Made by a program: the position numbers and the translations under genes. Under the pieces are notes generated by a model. That model was not told the DNA's origin, did not search any database, and worked only from the letters and a program-made list of their open reading frames with translations. A DNA stretch of 64,000 nucleotides from Dendrobates tinctorius (taxonomy: Eukaryota): NCBI RefSeq assembly GCF_039654945.1, contig NW_027361826.1, positions 19,344,001-19,408,000 of the forward strand. Direction: 5' to 3'. Positions within the stretch are counted from its first letter, which is position 1. Each line of letters starts with the position of its first letter. This document shows positions 24,238-35,809 of the stretch, piece by piece.

Positions 24238-27200
24238 GGGCAAAAATGAGACCCAATCATCTTGATCAGCAGATATAAAGCATCTTAAATAAGACTCCAG
24301 GGTCTGGTTTGTTCTCTCAGTCTGCCCATTGGTCTGGGGCTGAAACGCGGAGGAGAAGGATAACTGAATTCCCAGATTGGAACAAAAGGCTTTCCAGAAT
24401 CTGGAGACAAACTGGACCCCTCTATCGGACACAATGTTCTCAGGAATCCCGTGTAACCGAACCACCTGTTGTAAAAACAAGGACACCAACTCAGCGGAAG
24501 ATGGCAACTTTGGGAGTGGTACAAGATCTATCACAAATCACCCAGATAACAGTCATTCTCTGAGAGACAGGAAGATCAGAAATAAAATCCATTGAGATAT
24601 GGGTCCATGGCCTCTTGGGCCCGGCAGGGGCATCAGCAACCCACTAGAACGAGAACAGGGTTTAGACCGAGAACAAGTCCCACAGGACTGTACAAAATTC
24701 CTGACATCACGAGATAAGGCAGGCCACCAAAACGACCGACTCACCAAATCTCTGGTACCAAAAATACCCGGATGACCAGCCAATGCAGAGCAATGGACTT
24801 CAGACATCACTCTCTTTCTCCACTGGTCAGGAACATACAATCTTCCCATAGGGCAACGCTCAGGTTTATCCTCCTGAAATTCCTCCAGGGCGTGTCTCAA
24901 ATCGGGCGAAATGGCAGAACTACCCCGTCACCTAGGATAGTAGTAGGCTCGGTCACATTAAGAGAATCAGCAAAGAAACTCCTAGAAAGGGCGTCTGCCT
25001 TAACATTCTTAGTGCCCGGAAGAAAAGAGACCACAAAATTAAAACGCGTGAAAAACAAGGCCCATCTAGCCTGTCTAGGATTCAAGCGTTTGGCCGACTC
25101 AAGATAAATCAGATTCTTGTGATCGGTGAGGACCACAAATTGATGTCTAGCTCCCTCCAACCAACGTCTCCACTCCTCAAATGCCCATTTCCTGGCCAAC
25201 AATTCCCGATTCCCCACGTCATAGTTGCGTTCAGATGGGGAAAACTTTCGAGAAAAGAAGGCACAGGGATTCATCTTAGAAGTCACAGGGTCTATTTGGG
25301 ACAACACCGCTCCTGCACCAATCTCAAAGCGTCCACCTCCACTTGAAATGGAAGTGAGACATCAGGTTGCCGTAAAACTGGAGCTGAAGTAAATCTCCGC
25401 TTAAGCTCCTGAAATGCTGAGACAGCCTCAGGAGACCAATTCAGCACATCAGCTCCCTTCTTGGTCCGATCAGTCAGTGGTTTGACAATACTAGAAAAAT
25501 TACCTATAAATTTACGATAGAAATTAGAAAAACCCAAAAACTTCTGGAGAGCCTTCAAAGAAGTAGGCTGAACCCAATCATAAATGGCCTGTACCTTGGC
25601 CGGGTCCATTTCAATAGTTGATGGAGACGAGATAAATCCCAAAAATGAAATCCTCTGTACACCAAAGAGGCACTTCGAGCCCTTAACAAACAGGGAATTC
25701 TCCCTCAAAATCCGGAACACTGTCCGGACATGTTCCACATGGGAATCCCAATCACTAGAAAAGATCAAAATATCATCCAGATAGATGATCAAAAACTTAT
25801 CCACAAAGTCTCGGAAAATATCATTCATAAAGGACTGGAAGACAGAAGGGGCATTAGAGAGCCCAAAAGGCATCACCAGGTGCTCAAAATGTCCCTCCGG
25901 AATATTATCGCCGTCTTCCATTCATCCCCGTGCTTGATGCGAATAAGATTATACGCCCCCCTGAGGTCAAGCTTAGTAGACCAGCAGACACTCTTAACTC
26001 TGGAGAATAAATCAGAAATCAGGGGTAACGGGTACTGATATTTAACCGACATCTTGTTAAGGGAACGATAATCAATACACGGTCTTAATGAACCATCTTT
26101 CTTGGCCACAAAAAAAAACCAGCGCCTAAAGGTGACGAGGATGGTCTAATATGACCCTTCTCCAACGACTCCTTAATATAGGATCGCATAGCATCATGTT
26201 CGGGTACAGATAAGTTGAAAAGCCGACCCTTGGAAAATTTACACCCAGGCATCAACTCAATTGCACAGTCATAACTCCTATGAGGAGGCAAAGACACAGA
26301 CTTACTCTCACTAAATACATCAGAGAATTCAGCCAGATAATCAGGAATATCATGAGACTGAGAAGAGGTGGAGAAACAGGAGCGTCCCTAAGAACACACT
26401 GACAACCCCAACTCACCACAGACACAGATTTCCAATCCAAAATTGGGTTATGAGTTTGCAACCAGGGGAACCCCAGAACAATAGTATCATGCAAATTATG
26501 CAGCACCAAAAATTTACAATTTTCTTGGTGGTCTGGGGCAACTCGCATTATCACCTGGGTCCAAAACTGAGGTTTATTCTCCGCCAAAGGAGTGGCATCA
26601 ATACCCCTCAAAGGAATGGGCGTCTGCAGAGGTGTCATGGACAAACCACAACGTTTAGCAAAGTCCAAATCGATCAGATTCAGAGCTGCTCCTGAATCCA
26701 CAAAAGCCTTAGTGGAAAATGTGGACAAGGAGCAGATCAGAGTAATTGCCAAAAGGAACTTAGGTTGTATACTGCCCACAGCAAATGTGTGTGCAAAACG
26801 TTTCTCTCGTTTAGGGCAGACAGAAATAGTATGAGAGGCGTCTCCACAGAAAAAACACAGCTTATTACGCCTTCTAAACTCCCGACGTTGCGCCCTAGAC
26901 AAAACCCCATCTCATTACATAGGTTCAGATATTTGTTCAAAAGGTGGCAGCGCCTCCCGTGTAGCTTTACGTTCACGTAAACGCCGATCAACTTGAATGG
27001 CTAATGACATAGAGCCATCCAGACCAGAGGGAACAGGAAATCCCACCATAACATCTTTTACGGTCTCTGACAAACCTTTCCGAAAGAGAGCTGCCAATGC
27101 ACTATCATTCCATGTAGTAAGGACCGCCCACTTTCGGAATTTTTGACAGTATAACTCTGCAGGATCCTGACCCTGGTCTAATGCCAACAGCTTGATTAAC

Positions 27201-27518
27201 AGCATTAGGTTCATCATACAACCCCAAGGCCTGAAAAAATGCATCCACATTAGTCAGAATAGGATTTTCAGGTGTCAGAGAAAAAGCCCAATCTTGGGAA
27301 TCGCCGCGCAGCAAGGAGATGACAATTTTAACCTGCTGCACAGAGCTCCCCGATGAGTTGGGCTTCAAAGCAAGAAATAATTTACAATTATTCTTAAAAT
27401 TCAGAAATTTAGACCGATCCCCAGAAAACACATCAGGAGTAGGAATCTTGGGTTCAGCAGCATGTGACTGAATAAGGTAGCTGGAAATTCCCTGTACTTC
27501 CGCATCAAGCTGCTCCAC
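24238..27518 (-). pseudogene. Gypsy gag-pol (Gag with CCHC knuckle, protease, RT, RNase H, integrase core), frameshifted
   Basis: Motifs [63 protein letters not shown] and QTNGQTER. Confidence 0.92.
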
Positions 27519-27668
27519 ACGATCAGACAGTTGCTTAATCTCCAGTAGGTAAAAAAAATCCTCCTACAGCCCCAGAGAAAAAGAGGAAAAAATACATAAA
27601 AAAATTCTGACCCTTTTTTTTTTTTACAATTCTTTCCTGCTTTTGAGTACCCTAGAATCTGCGGTATG

Positions 27669-27679
27669 GCTGGTGATTC
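27669..27679 (-). promoter_or_regulatory. Primer-binding site, self-priming type
   Basis: Minus-strand GAATCACCAGC abuts the 5' LTR and is complementary to minus-strand GCTGGTGATTC inside the LTR (28354-28364). Confidence 0.75.
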
Positions 27680-28544
27680 TGTTATGAATGGGTCACCGAG
27701 GAGGGAATAAAAGACAACAAGATAAGTCTCAGAAAACCAAAGAAGTTGGTAACTATGCAGATTGCAGATCCCTGATCTTAACCGCACAACTAGCAGCAGT
27801 CGTGGAGCGTGCCTACGATGGTCCTAGATGCCTCGTCACAATTGGAGAGCTACATAAGCCTAAAGCAGTTAAAAGGAAAACTAACTGCCCCAGAGCAGAC
27901 CCCAAAGGAAAGACAGCCCCCCACATGTATTGACGGTGAAGCAAGATGAAAATACAAACAAAGGCAGGAAAATAGGCTGAGCAAACGATGGGGCCCGGCT
28001 AACTAAAAAGGACTGGAAAGGAAAGACACTGTCTGCAATCTGCCAAAAAAAACCTACAAAAATATTGTCCAACACTTCTGATGGCAAAATTAACCCTGAA
28101 GTCACTAGACTTCAACACCTATATCAGCATTCTGAGACAGAGCAAAAAAGAGGCCAATCTAATACGGGACAAAAAGCAGATTGGCAAATACTGATAAATA
28201 GGAGTGATAATTCAGCATAGCCCCAGCAGGGGCAGGGTGATTTACACAAGAAACTGAATTGACCAACAAGCGCAAGTGTGAACATTAGCAAAAAACAAAC
28301 TTAACTTGAGAAGACTGGAAGAGAGCTGAAGTCCAGGACCTGAGAAGCAGACTGAATCACCAGCACCAGGATAGGGCGTCGGCTGTCTTATATCCAGTCT
28401 GATACTCCAGAGATCCAATCGTTATCTTCCTCATCAGGTGGCAGATCACTACCACTTAAACCAACCTCACTACCTCCTGTCACCACCAGAGGGAGAACGG
28501 AAGGGGAACTCTCAACTGGTGGAGCCGAAAATGAGTTCATAACA
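27680..28544 (-). repeat. 5' LTR
   Basis: Direct repeat of 16099-16967. Minus-strand TATAAG at 28387-28392. Confidence 0.95.
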
Positions 28545-28680
28545 GGAATCCTTGGAGACGGGAGTGGGAGGTTCTGATTATTGAGGATGTTAACCTCAGG
28601 TCATTAGCAGAAGGAAGGGCACGGGTATGGTGGTAGACTGAGACGAAGGAGGAGATGTAGGGTGGTGCTGAACCGTAGAG

Positions 28681-28849
28681 CAGGGTTCCCCAACTCCAGT
28701 CCTCAAGGTCCACCAACAGATCATGTTTTCAGGATTTCCTTAGTATTGCTCTGGTGATAATTGCATCACCTGTGCAATATGCAATACAATGGAAATCCTG
28801 AAAGCATGATCTGTTGGTGGGCCTTGAGGACTGGAGTTGGGGAACCCTG
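28681..28849. mobile_element. 169-bp palindromic hAT (Charlie-like) MITE
   Basis: Near-perfect hairpin cagggttccccaactccagtcctcaagg...ccttgaggactggagttggggaaccctg with an 8-bp TSD ccgtagag on both sides. Confidence 0.9.
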
Positions 28850-31800
28850 CCGTAGAGTGCTTTGTGGGTGAAAGTGATGAGTTTATTTTGAACTCTACAT
28901 CGTATGGGCAACCAGTGCAATGACTGGCACAGGGTAGAGGCATCGGTGTAGCGGTTGAAAAAGACTATCATCCTGGCTGTTGCATTCAGGACAGATTGGA
29001 GAGTGAAGAGTTTGGTAAGAGGGAGGCCGAGTAGTAGAGAGTTGCAATTGTCCAGACGAGAATGAATAAGAGCTACAGTAAGAGTTTTTGCCGAGTCAAA
29101 GGTAATAAATGGTCTAATTCTAGAAATGTTTGAGGTGTAGATGACAAGAGTGGGCGATTGATCGGATGTGGGAAGTGAAGAAAAGATCTGGCTCAAAGAT
29201 GGCAATAAGACATCGGGCATGTTGCTGGGGAGTAATGGTAGAACCACACATGGAGATGGCAATATTGGGCATAGGTAGGTTAGTGGAGGGAGGAAACGCA
29301 AGGAGTCCAGTTTTTGACAGGTTCAGTTTTAGATAGAGGGAAGATGTAATGGAGAATCGGGAGAGAACAGTGTTCTTGAGGTCTGTAGAGAGGAGCATAG
29401 TGAGGAAGCGCTGGTGATCCACAGTGACGAATGCTGCAGAGAGATCCAGGAGAATCAGCATGGAGTAGTGACCATTAGACTTAGTTGTTAGTAGATCATT
29501 TGACACTTTAGTGAGGGCAGTTTCGATAGTGTAAAGAGTGGAAACCAAATGTAGAGGGTCAAAAAGAGTTATATGGGTGATACAGGATTAGATGAGTGGA
29601 CCAAACGTTCCAGGAGTTTGGTGATGAGGAGGAGAGTAGAGACAGGTCTATAGTTAACAGCGGAGTTCTGGTCGAGGGATGTGTGTTTGTTTTTTGTTTT
29701 TTTTTCTAAATAATGGATGCATGCTGACGTGTTTAAATGAGGAGGGAGATACCAGAGGAAAAGGAGAGATTTAGTTGGGTGAGTGGTGACATCTGGTAAA
29801 ATGGACTGGAGGAGATGTGAGGGAATAGGATCACTGGTGCAAGTAGTAGGGTGAGAAGATGCAAGGAGCTTGATCACTTCTTGTTTGACTGCTTCAAACA
29901 CAGAATATAAGCAAGATGCAGTGCGGGAGGGAGGAGAATGCATAACATTAGGAGATTGTGAGAAAATTTCCTGTCGGATATGGTCAATTTTTTTCTTTGA
30001 AATAATTGGCCAGATCATCAGTGTTGAGGTCGTTGGTGGAGGCCCACACTGTTTGATTGAGGTGAAAGTGAAAAGTATCAAAGAGTTGTTTAGGATTATT
30101 GGATAGTGGGGTGATGAGGATATTAAAGTACATTTGCTTGGGGCGGTGAAGGGCGTAGTTGTTTGTTTTAAGCACAATATAAAATCTCCAATTTCAAGAT
30201 AAATAAGATGAAAATAAAAATATTGAAATACTGAAGTAATGTCCCCTCCAAATGACTTTTATCACCTTATGGGGGCACAATGTGTAAAATAAAATAATTG
30301 TAAAATTAACACACGAAATGTATTAATAAAATAAAATAAAAATGCTATTGTTAATCCAAATTGCTGTTAACCCTACCCCTGTAAAAACCTGTCTGATATA
30401 TGAAAATAATTGTTACAGGATGGAAAATATATTTTTAAATGTATATTAGTGGTCCTTTCTTGCCTTATAAAAATGGGGGGAAAACCCCTTATTTTCTCAC
30501 GGATATATCAGCACAAATAAGAGCGAAGAATATAACCGTAACATAAACATGAAGCACTATGCATCACAAAAAAATGCACAAAAATAACTTTTTTACAGCT
30601 CTTTCAACCACACGCATGGACAAAAAGAAAAAAAAGTGGCAGAAATGGGGTGTAAGTGGCCAATCTTGAAATGGGTAAAGTTCCCACTTTAGTGCTAAGA
30701 AACATTAATGAATTAAGAAGAAAACTGTTTGCTAAAAGTGTTCCTCTAGTCATTGTAGTGACAGTGCCACGTGTAACCCTGGACCTTTGGCTTGGTCTGA
30801 CAGCAGTATATGTAGATGGCTATGAGGGCACCAGTGTCAGCCATGTTGCTAAATGGTAGACAAAGGTTGAAGCAATTTACATTCCTGACAGTTGTAATAT
30901 GGTTCAGAAGTCAGAATTGAGTCATCCAATAGATAAAGACTGTTTGTTCTTTTTTTTTTTATTTGAAAAAAATAAAATAAAAAACGTTTGATATATTGCA
31001 AGGACATGCCTCGGCCCCATGTGGCTGCATTCACTCTAAAGAATCTGAGCCTCTGACAGGGTCTCTGTACCATAAACCTCCATCTAAATAAATAACGTGA
31101 CTTACCCCTCCGTAAGGCTAAGCTTACATGTGCTCATTACTTGTGTCCGTTTGCAAAATGGCTCCCACACAGAAGGAGCAATGTTTATCAATGTGGTCGT
31201 TTCAATGAACATTATTCCCAAACAGGCTAAAAATCTGTTGCAAAAGGATCACATTAAGGGCTCGTTCACACCACCGTATATTCGGTCTATGGAAAAAATG
31301 AACAGCACTCGGACCAATGTTATTCAATGGGGCGATTACTGTCACTGACTAAATCTACGTGTGAAAAAATGGCAGCGTGCTCTAGTTTGTTACAGAAACT
31401 GGATGAAGCTCACCCATTCAATCTATCGGTGCGCCAAAAAAAGTAGGATGCCACAAAGCCACAGTATAACATCCGACTATACGGTTACAGTGCAGTTCTG
31501 TAACATGGGAAACTGTCAATGTTCCTATAAATGATGAAACACTGCTGTATAAAACGGATAGTAAAGGGATGACAAGTGAGAAACAAAAAGCCCACTTTCT
31601 GGATGAAGCTGTGAACCACATTTTATGCGCTTGTGGGAACCTGCCCTTTGCGCTAGGCGCATCAATTTTTCAGATTTAAATTAGTGTGAAAAAAAGCAAA
31701 CAAATGGATTCTATATGGACAAAGATTTTGGTATAGAATTCATCTCGAAATTTGCTTTATATATGACACACGTGAATATACCTAAAGCTGTAAAACCTTT

Positions 31801-32014
31801 CCTGACATGGTTTCAATCCCATAAATGTACTTTTCCTCATAGTTTACCAGCCAATTTCCTTTATAGTTTACAAGCTGATTTTTATTTTTTTTTTCCTGTT
31901 TTCTGCTTCAGGCTACCATGTTGCTTGCAGAAACTAAGGCCACGTGGACATGTTGAGTATTTGCGGAATTTTTTTACCTCAGTATCAATTACTGAATGTG
32001 TGAATATGGCCTCA

Positions 32015-32206
32015 GGGTGCAGGGCCGTATAAATCAGACGGAGATCAGATCGCAATGCTCGGTCTGGCCCGCAGCTCTCCTCAACTGAGCGTGATGGCTG
32101 CGTAGAAATGCATGTATCTGTCACGCTCGGGGCAGGAGAGCTGCCGGCCAGTCCGAGAATTGTGATCTGATCTCCGTCTGATTTATACGGCTGCCTGACT
32201 GCACCC
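32015..32206. mobile_element. Palindromic Harbinger-like MITE
   Basis: gggtgcag..gccgtataaatcagacggagatcagatc is inverted as gatctgatctccgtctgatttatacggc..ctgcaccc, with tca/tta flanks. Confidence 0.65.
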
Positions 32207-32596
32207 TTAGTATCTTAAATAAAGTCTGTCAGCACAAAACGACAGTTCAAACCAAGCACTGGCGCTCAGTGCGACTTTAGAGTGCCCAAACGGTTCCGTG
32301 CTCCTTCCCAGCTCTGACTTTACAGGATTCAGAAAAAGGTAGAGATAAATGGCAAACAAGCAGGTGGGAGGCTGCACTGAGCTTTCTGGCCACACCATGA
32401 TGCATGGAGCGAGCGCCTATGCTTGGTCTGAACAGTCATTTTATGCTGATAGACTTCCTTTGAATGAAACGGGTCGAGAAGCTATGTTCCCAACTAAATG
32501 ACCAAAGCTGGATCATAGTACTGGGGATTATGGCCCCAATTCAGTAAGACTGGCTTGGTTTGAGCTGTCGTTTTCGAAATCTTGCAATTCTTTCTC

Positions 32597-34915
32597 AGAG
32601 GGGCTCTTATTGGGCAGTTCTTGTGCACCTGGAGGGGCATATATTGGGCAGTTCTTGTGCACCCAGAGGGGCTTATATTGGGCAGTTCTTGTGCACCCAG
32701 AGGGGCTTATATTGGGCAGTTCTTGTGCACCCGGAGGGGCTTATATTGGGCAGTGCTTGTGCACCCGGAGGGGCTTATATTGGGCAGTGATTGTTCACCC
32801 AGAGGGGCTTATATTGGGCAGTGCTTGTGCACCCGGAGGGGCTTATATTGGGCAGTTCTTGTGCACCCGGAGGGGCTTATATTGGGCAGTGCTTGTGCAC
32901 CCAGAGGGGCTTATATTGGGCAGTGCTTGTGCACCTAGAGGGGCATATATTGGGCAGTGCTTGTGCACCCAGAGGGGCATATAGTGGGCAGTGCTTGTGC
33001 ACCCGGAGGGGCTTATATTGGGCAGTGCTTGTGCACCCGGAGGGGCTTATATTGGGCAGTGATTGTTCACCCAGAGGGGCTTATATTGGGCAGTGCTTGT
33101 GCACCCGGAGGGGCTTATATTGGGCAGTTCTTGTGCACCCGGAGGGGCTTATATTGGGCAGTGCTTGTGCACCCAGAGGGGCTTATATTGGGCAGTGCTT
33201 GTGCACCTAGAGGGGCATATATTGGGCAGTGCTTGTGCACCCAGAGGGGCATATAGTGGGCAGTGCTTGTGCACCCAGAGGGGCATATAGTGGGCAGTGC
33301 TTGTGCACCCAGAGGAGCATATAGTGGGCAGTGCTTGTGCACCTAGAGGGGCATATATTGGGCAGTGCTTGTGCACCTAGAGGGGCATATAGTGGGCAGT
33401 GCTTGTGCACCCAGAGGGGCATATAGTGGGCAGTGCTTGTGCACCCAGAGGGGCATATAGTGGGCAGTGCTTGTGCACCTAGAGGGGCATATATTGGGCA
33501 GTGCTTGTGCACCTAGAGGGGCATATAGTGGGCAGTGCTTGTGCACCTAGAGGGGCATATAGTGGGCAGTGCTTGTGCACCTAGAGGGGCATATAGTGGG
33601 CAGTGCTTGTGCACCTAGAGGGGCTTATAGTGGGCAGTTCTTGTGCACCTAGAGGGGCTTATATTGGGCAGTGCTTGTGCACCTAGAGGGGCATATAGTG
33701 GGCAGTGCTTGTGCACCCAGAGGGGCTTATATTGGGCAGTTCTTGTGCACCTGGAGGGGCTTATATTGTTCAGTGCTTGTGCACCTAGAGGGGCATATAG
33801 TGGGCAGTGCTTGTGCACCTAGAGGGGCTTATATTGGGCAGTTCTTGTGCACCTGGAGGGGCTTATATTGTTTAGTGCTTGTGCACCTAGAGGGGCATAT
33901 AGTGGGCAGTGCTTGTGCACCTAGAGGGGCTTATATTAGGCAGTGCTTGTGCACCTAGAGGGGCATATATTGGGCAGTTCTTGTGCACCCAGAGGGGCAC
34001 ATATTGGGCAGTTCTTGTGCACCCAGAGGGGCATATATTGGTCAGTGCTTGTGCACCTAGAGGGGCATATATTGGGCAGTGCTTGTGCACCTAGAGGGGC
34101 TTATATTGGGCAGTGCTTGTGCACCCGGAGGGGCATATATTGGGCAGTTCTTGTGCACCCGGAGGGGCATATATTGGGCAGTTCTTGTGCACCCGGAGGG
34201 GCTTATATTGGGCAGTGCTTGTGCACCCGGAGGGGCTTATATTGGGCAGTGCTTGTGCACCCGGAGGGGCTTATATTGGGCAGTGCTTGTGCACCCGGAG
34301 GGGCTTATATTGGGCAGTGCTTGTGCACCCGGAGGGGCTTATATTGGGCAGTGCTTGTGCACCCGGAGGGGCTTATATTGGGCAGTGCTTGTGCACCCGG
34401 AGGGGCTTATATTGGGCAGTGCTTGTGCACCCAGAGGGGCTTATATTGGGCAGTTCTTGTTCACCCAGAGGGGCTTATATTGGGCAGTGCTTGTTCACCC
34501 AGAGGGGCTTATATTGGGCAGTGCTTGTTCACCCAGAGGGGCTTATATTGGGCAGTGCTTGTGCACCCAGAGGGGCTTATATTGGGCAGTGCTTGTGCAC
34601 CCAGAGGGGCTTATATTGGGCAGTGCTTGTGCACCCAGAGGGGCTTATATTGGGCAGTGCTTGTGCACCCAGAGGGGCTTATATTGGGCAGTGCTTGTGC
34701 ACCCGGAGGGGCTTATATTGGGCAGTTCTTGTGCACCCGGAGGGGCTTATATTGGGCAGTTCTTGTGCACCCAGAGGGGCTTATATTGGGCAGTGCTTGT
34801 GCACCCAGAGGGGCTTATATTGGGCAGTGCTTGTGCACCCAGAGGGGCTTATATTGGGCAGTGCTTGTGCACCCAGAGGGGCTTATATTGGGTAGTGCTT
34901 GTGCACCCAGAGGAA
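32597..34915. repeat. 34-bp minisatellite, about 68 copies
   Basis: Unit gcacc(c/t)(a/g)gaggggc(t/a)tata(t/g)tgggcagt(g/t)cttgt repeated head-to-tail without spacers. Confidence 0.97.
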
Positions 34916-34919
34916 CTTA

Positions 34920-35284
34920 CATTGGTTGGGAGCACTCTGCTCATACTATAAATGGGAGTCTCCATGGCATTTCCTTACAGTAACCCTATACACCACGTGA
35001 AAGAATAATTATATGTGAGTTTTTATCTAATAATTTTACAGTTTGTAGTTTGTTTTTTTGCTTGATAGACAAGCATGTAGCGGCTCCTAGGTGACATCGA
35101 GAAGGGATCAGTAGTGTGCGCGTCTTCTAGGAGAGTTACGGCAGACAGTAGTGGGTGGTGCGCCCGTACATGAGACTCTGCGGTAGCTGTGGGCGGGGCG
35201 CCGGTCAGGTCACTGATCAGGATATGTATGTCCGGGCTCGGTGCGGCTGAGTCGTGTGCGGTCGCCGTGTCGGTACTGGGAGAC
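34920..35284 (+). promoter_or_regulatory. Putative PFKFB4 promoter / 5' UTR (CpG-rich)
   Basis: CpG-rich stretch at ~35070-35800, GC box gggcgggg at ~35191, CACGTG at 34994-34999, and tataaa at 34947. Confidence 0.5.
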
Positions 35285-35384
35285 ATGGCGGACTCTCCCC
35301 GGGAGCTCACACAGAATCCTCTGAAGAAGATCTGGGTGCCGTATAACAATGGCCGTCCCGTGCAGCACACCGCGCAGAGGAGAG
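35285..35384 (+). CDS. PFKFB4: PFKFB4 coding exon 1
   Basis: [33 protein letters not shown] matches the vertebrate PFKFB4 N-terminus. Strong Kozak context gacATGG. Donor G|gtaacc, phase 1. Confidence 0.93.
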
Positions 35385-35809
35385 GTAACCGGCGCAGTGC
35401 TGGGCAGAGCTGCAGTGTGGGCACTATGTGATGGCACCGCACAGACCCCGCAGCGCTGCTGCTGCTGCCGCCCACGTGGCACCTGCGGACTGCTGACGGA
35501 TTGCTGTTAACCCCTTGCCTCCCCATCACCTGTGATTGCTCCGTAGCCGGTACCGTGTGTGGTGCAGCCGTGCCTGCCGGCGTCTCTGGTGTCGCAGCAG
35601 CTCAGGCACCGTCACACACTGCAGCACCGTGTGCGGAACCGCAGTCACATCCCAGGCCCCTCACTAATCTGCGTCCGGAACTTTGTAGCCGAGCAGCAGA
35701 ACTTCATCCGTCAGCAGATCCGCTGCCTGCGCTGTGCCCGAGGTGCTGAGTGTCACCCACCGGCTCCTGCTGCACCCAGAAGCCGCCCCTGCAGTTATAG
35801 GGAGGCATA

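Larger units (their letters stand above)
16099..28544 (-). mobile_element. Ty3/Gypsy chromovirus (Tf1/sushi-type) LTR retrotransposon, full-length but decayed
   Basis: Two ~865-bp LTRs with TGTTATGAA...TTCATAACA ends. Flanking duplication ggaatc. Polypurine tract next to the 3' LTR. Domain order gag-PR-RT-RH-IN-chromodomain. Confidence 0.95.
15285..30175 (-). mobile_element. Old degenerate L2 LINE, split by three insertions (L2 pieces 15285-15557, 15860-16098, 28545-28680, 28850-30175)
   Basis: Minus-strand ORF fragments match the L2 at 4057 ([23 protein letters not shown]). The 3' UTR/tail lies at 15285-16090. The L2 sequence resumes exactly across each insertion. Confidence 0.85.

Noticed and set aside
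1-32500. Neighbouring host genes upstream of PFKFB4 (e.g. UCN2 or COL7A1, as in mammalian synteny)
   Set aside because: No CRH-family peptide or Gly-X-Y exons were recognised. The short ORFs here fall in repeats or have no recognisable homology.
32560-34983. Long repetitive ORFs (up to 346 aa) in the 34-bp array
   Set aside because: All three frames are open with the same cyclic peptide, which is an artefact of a stop-free repeat unit.
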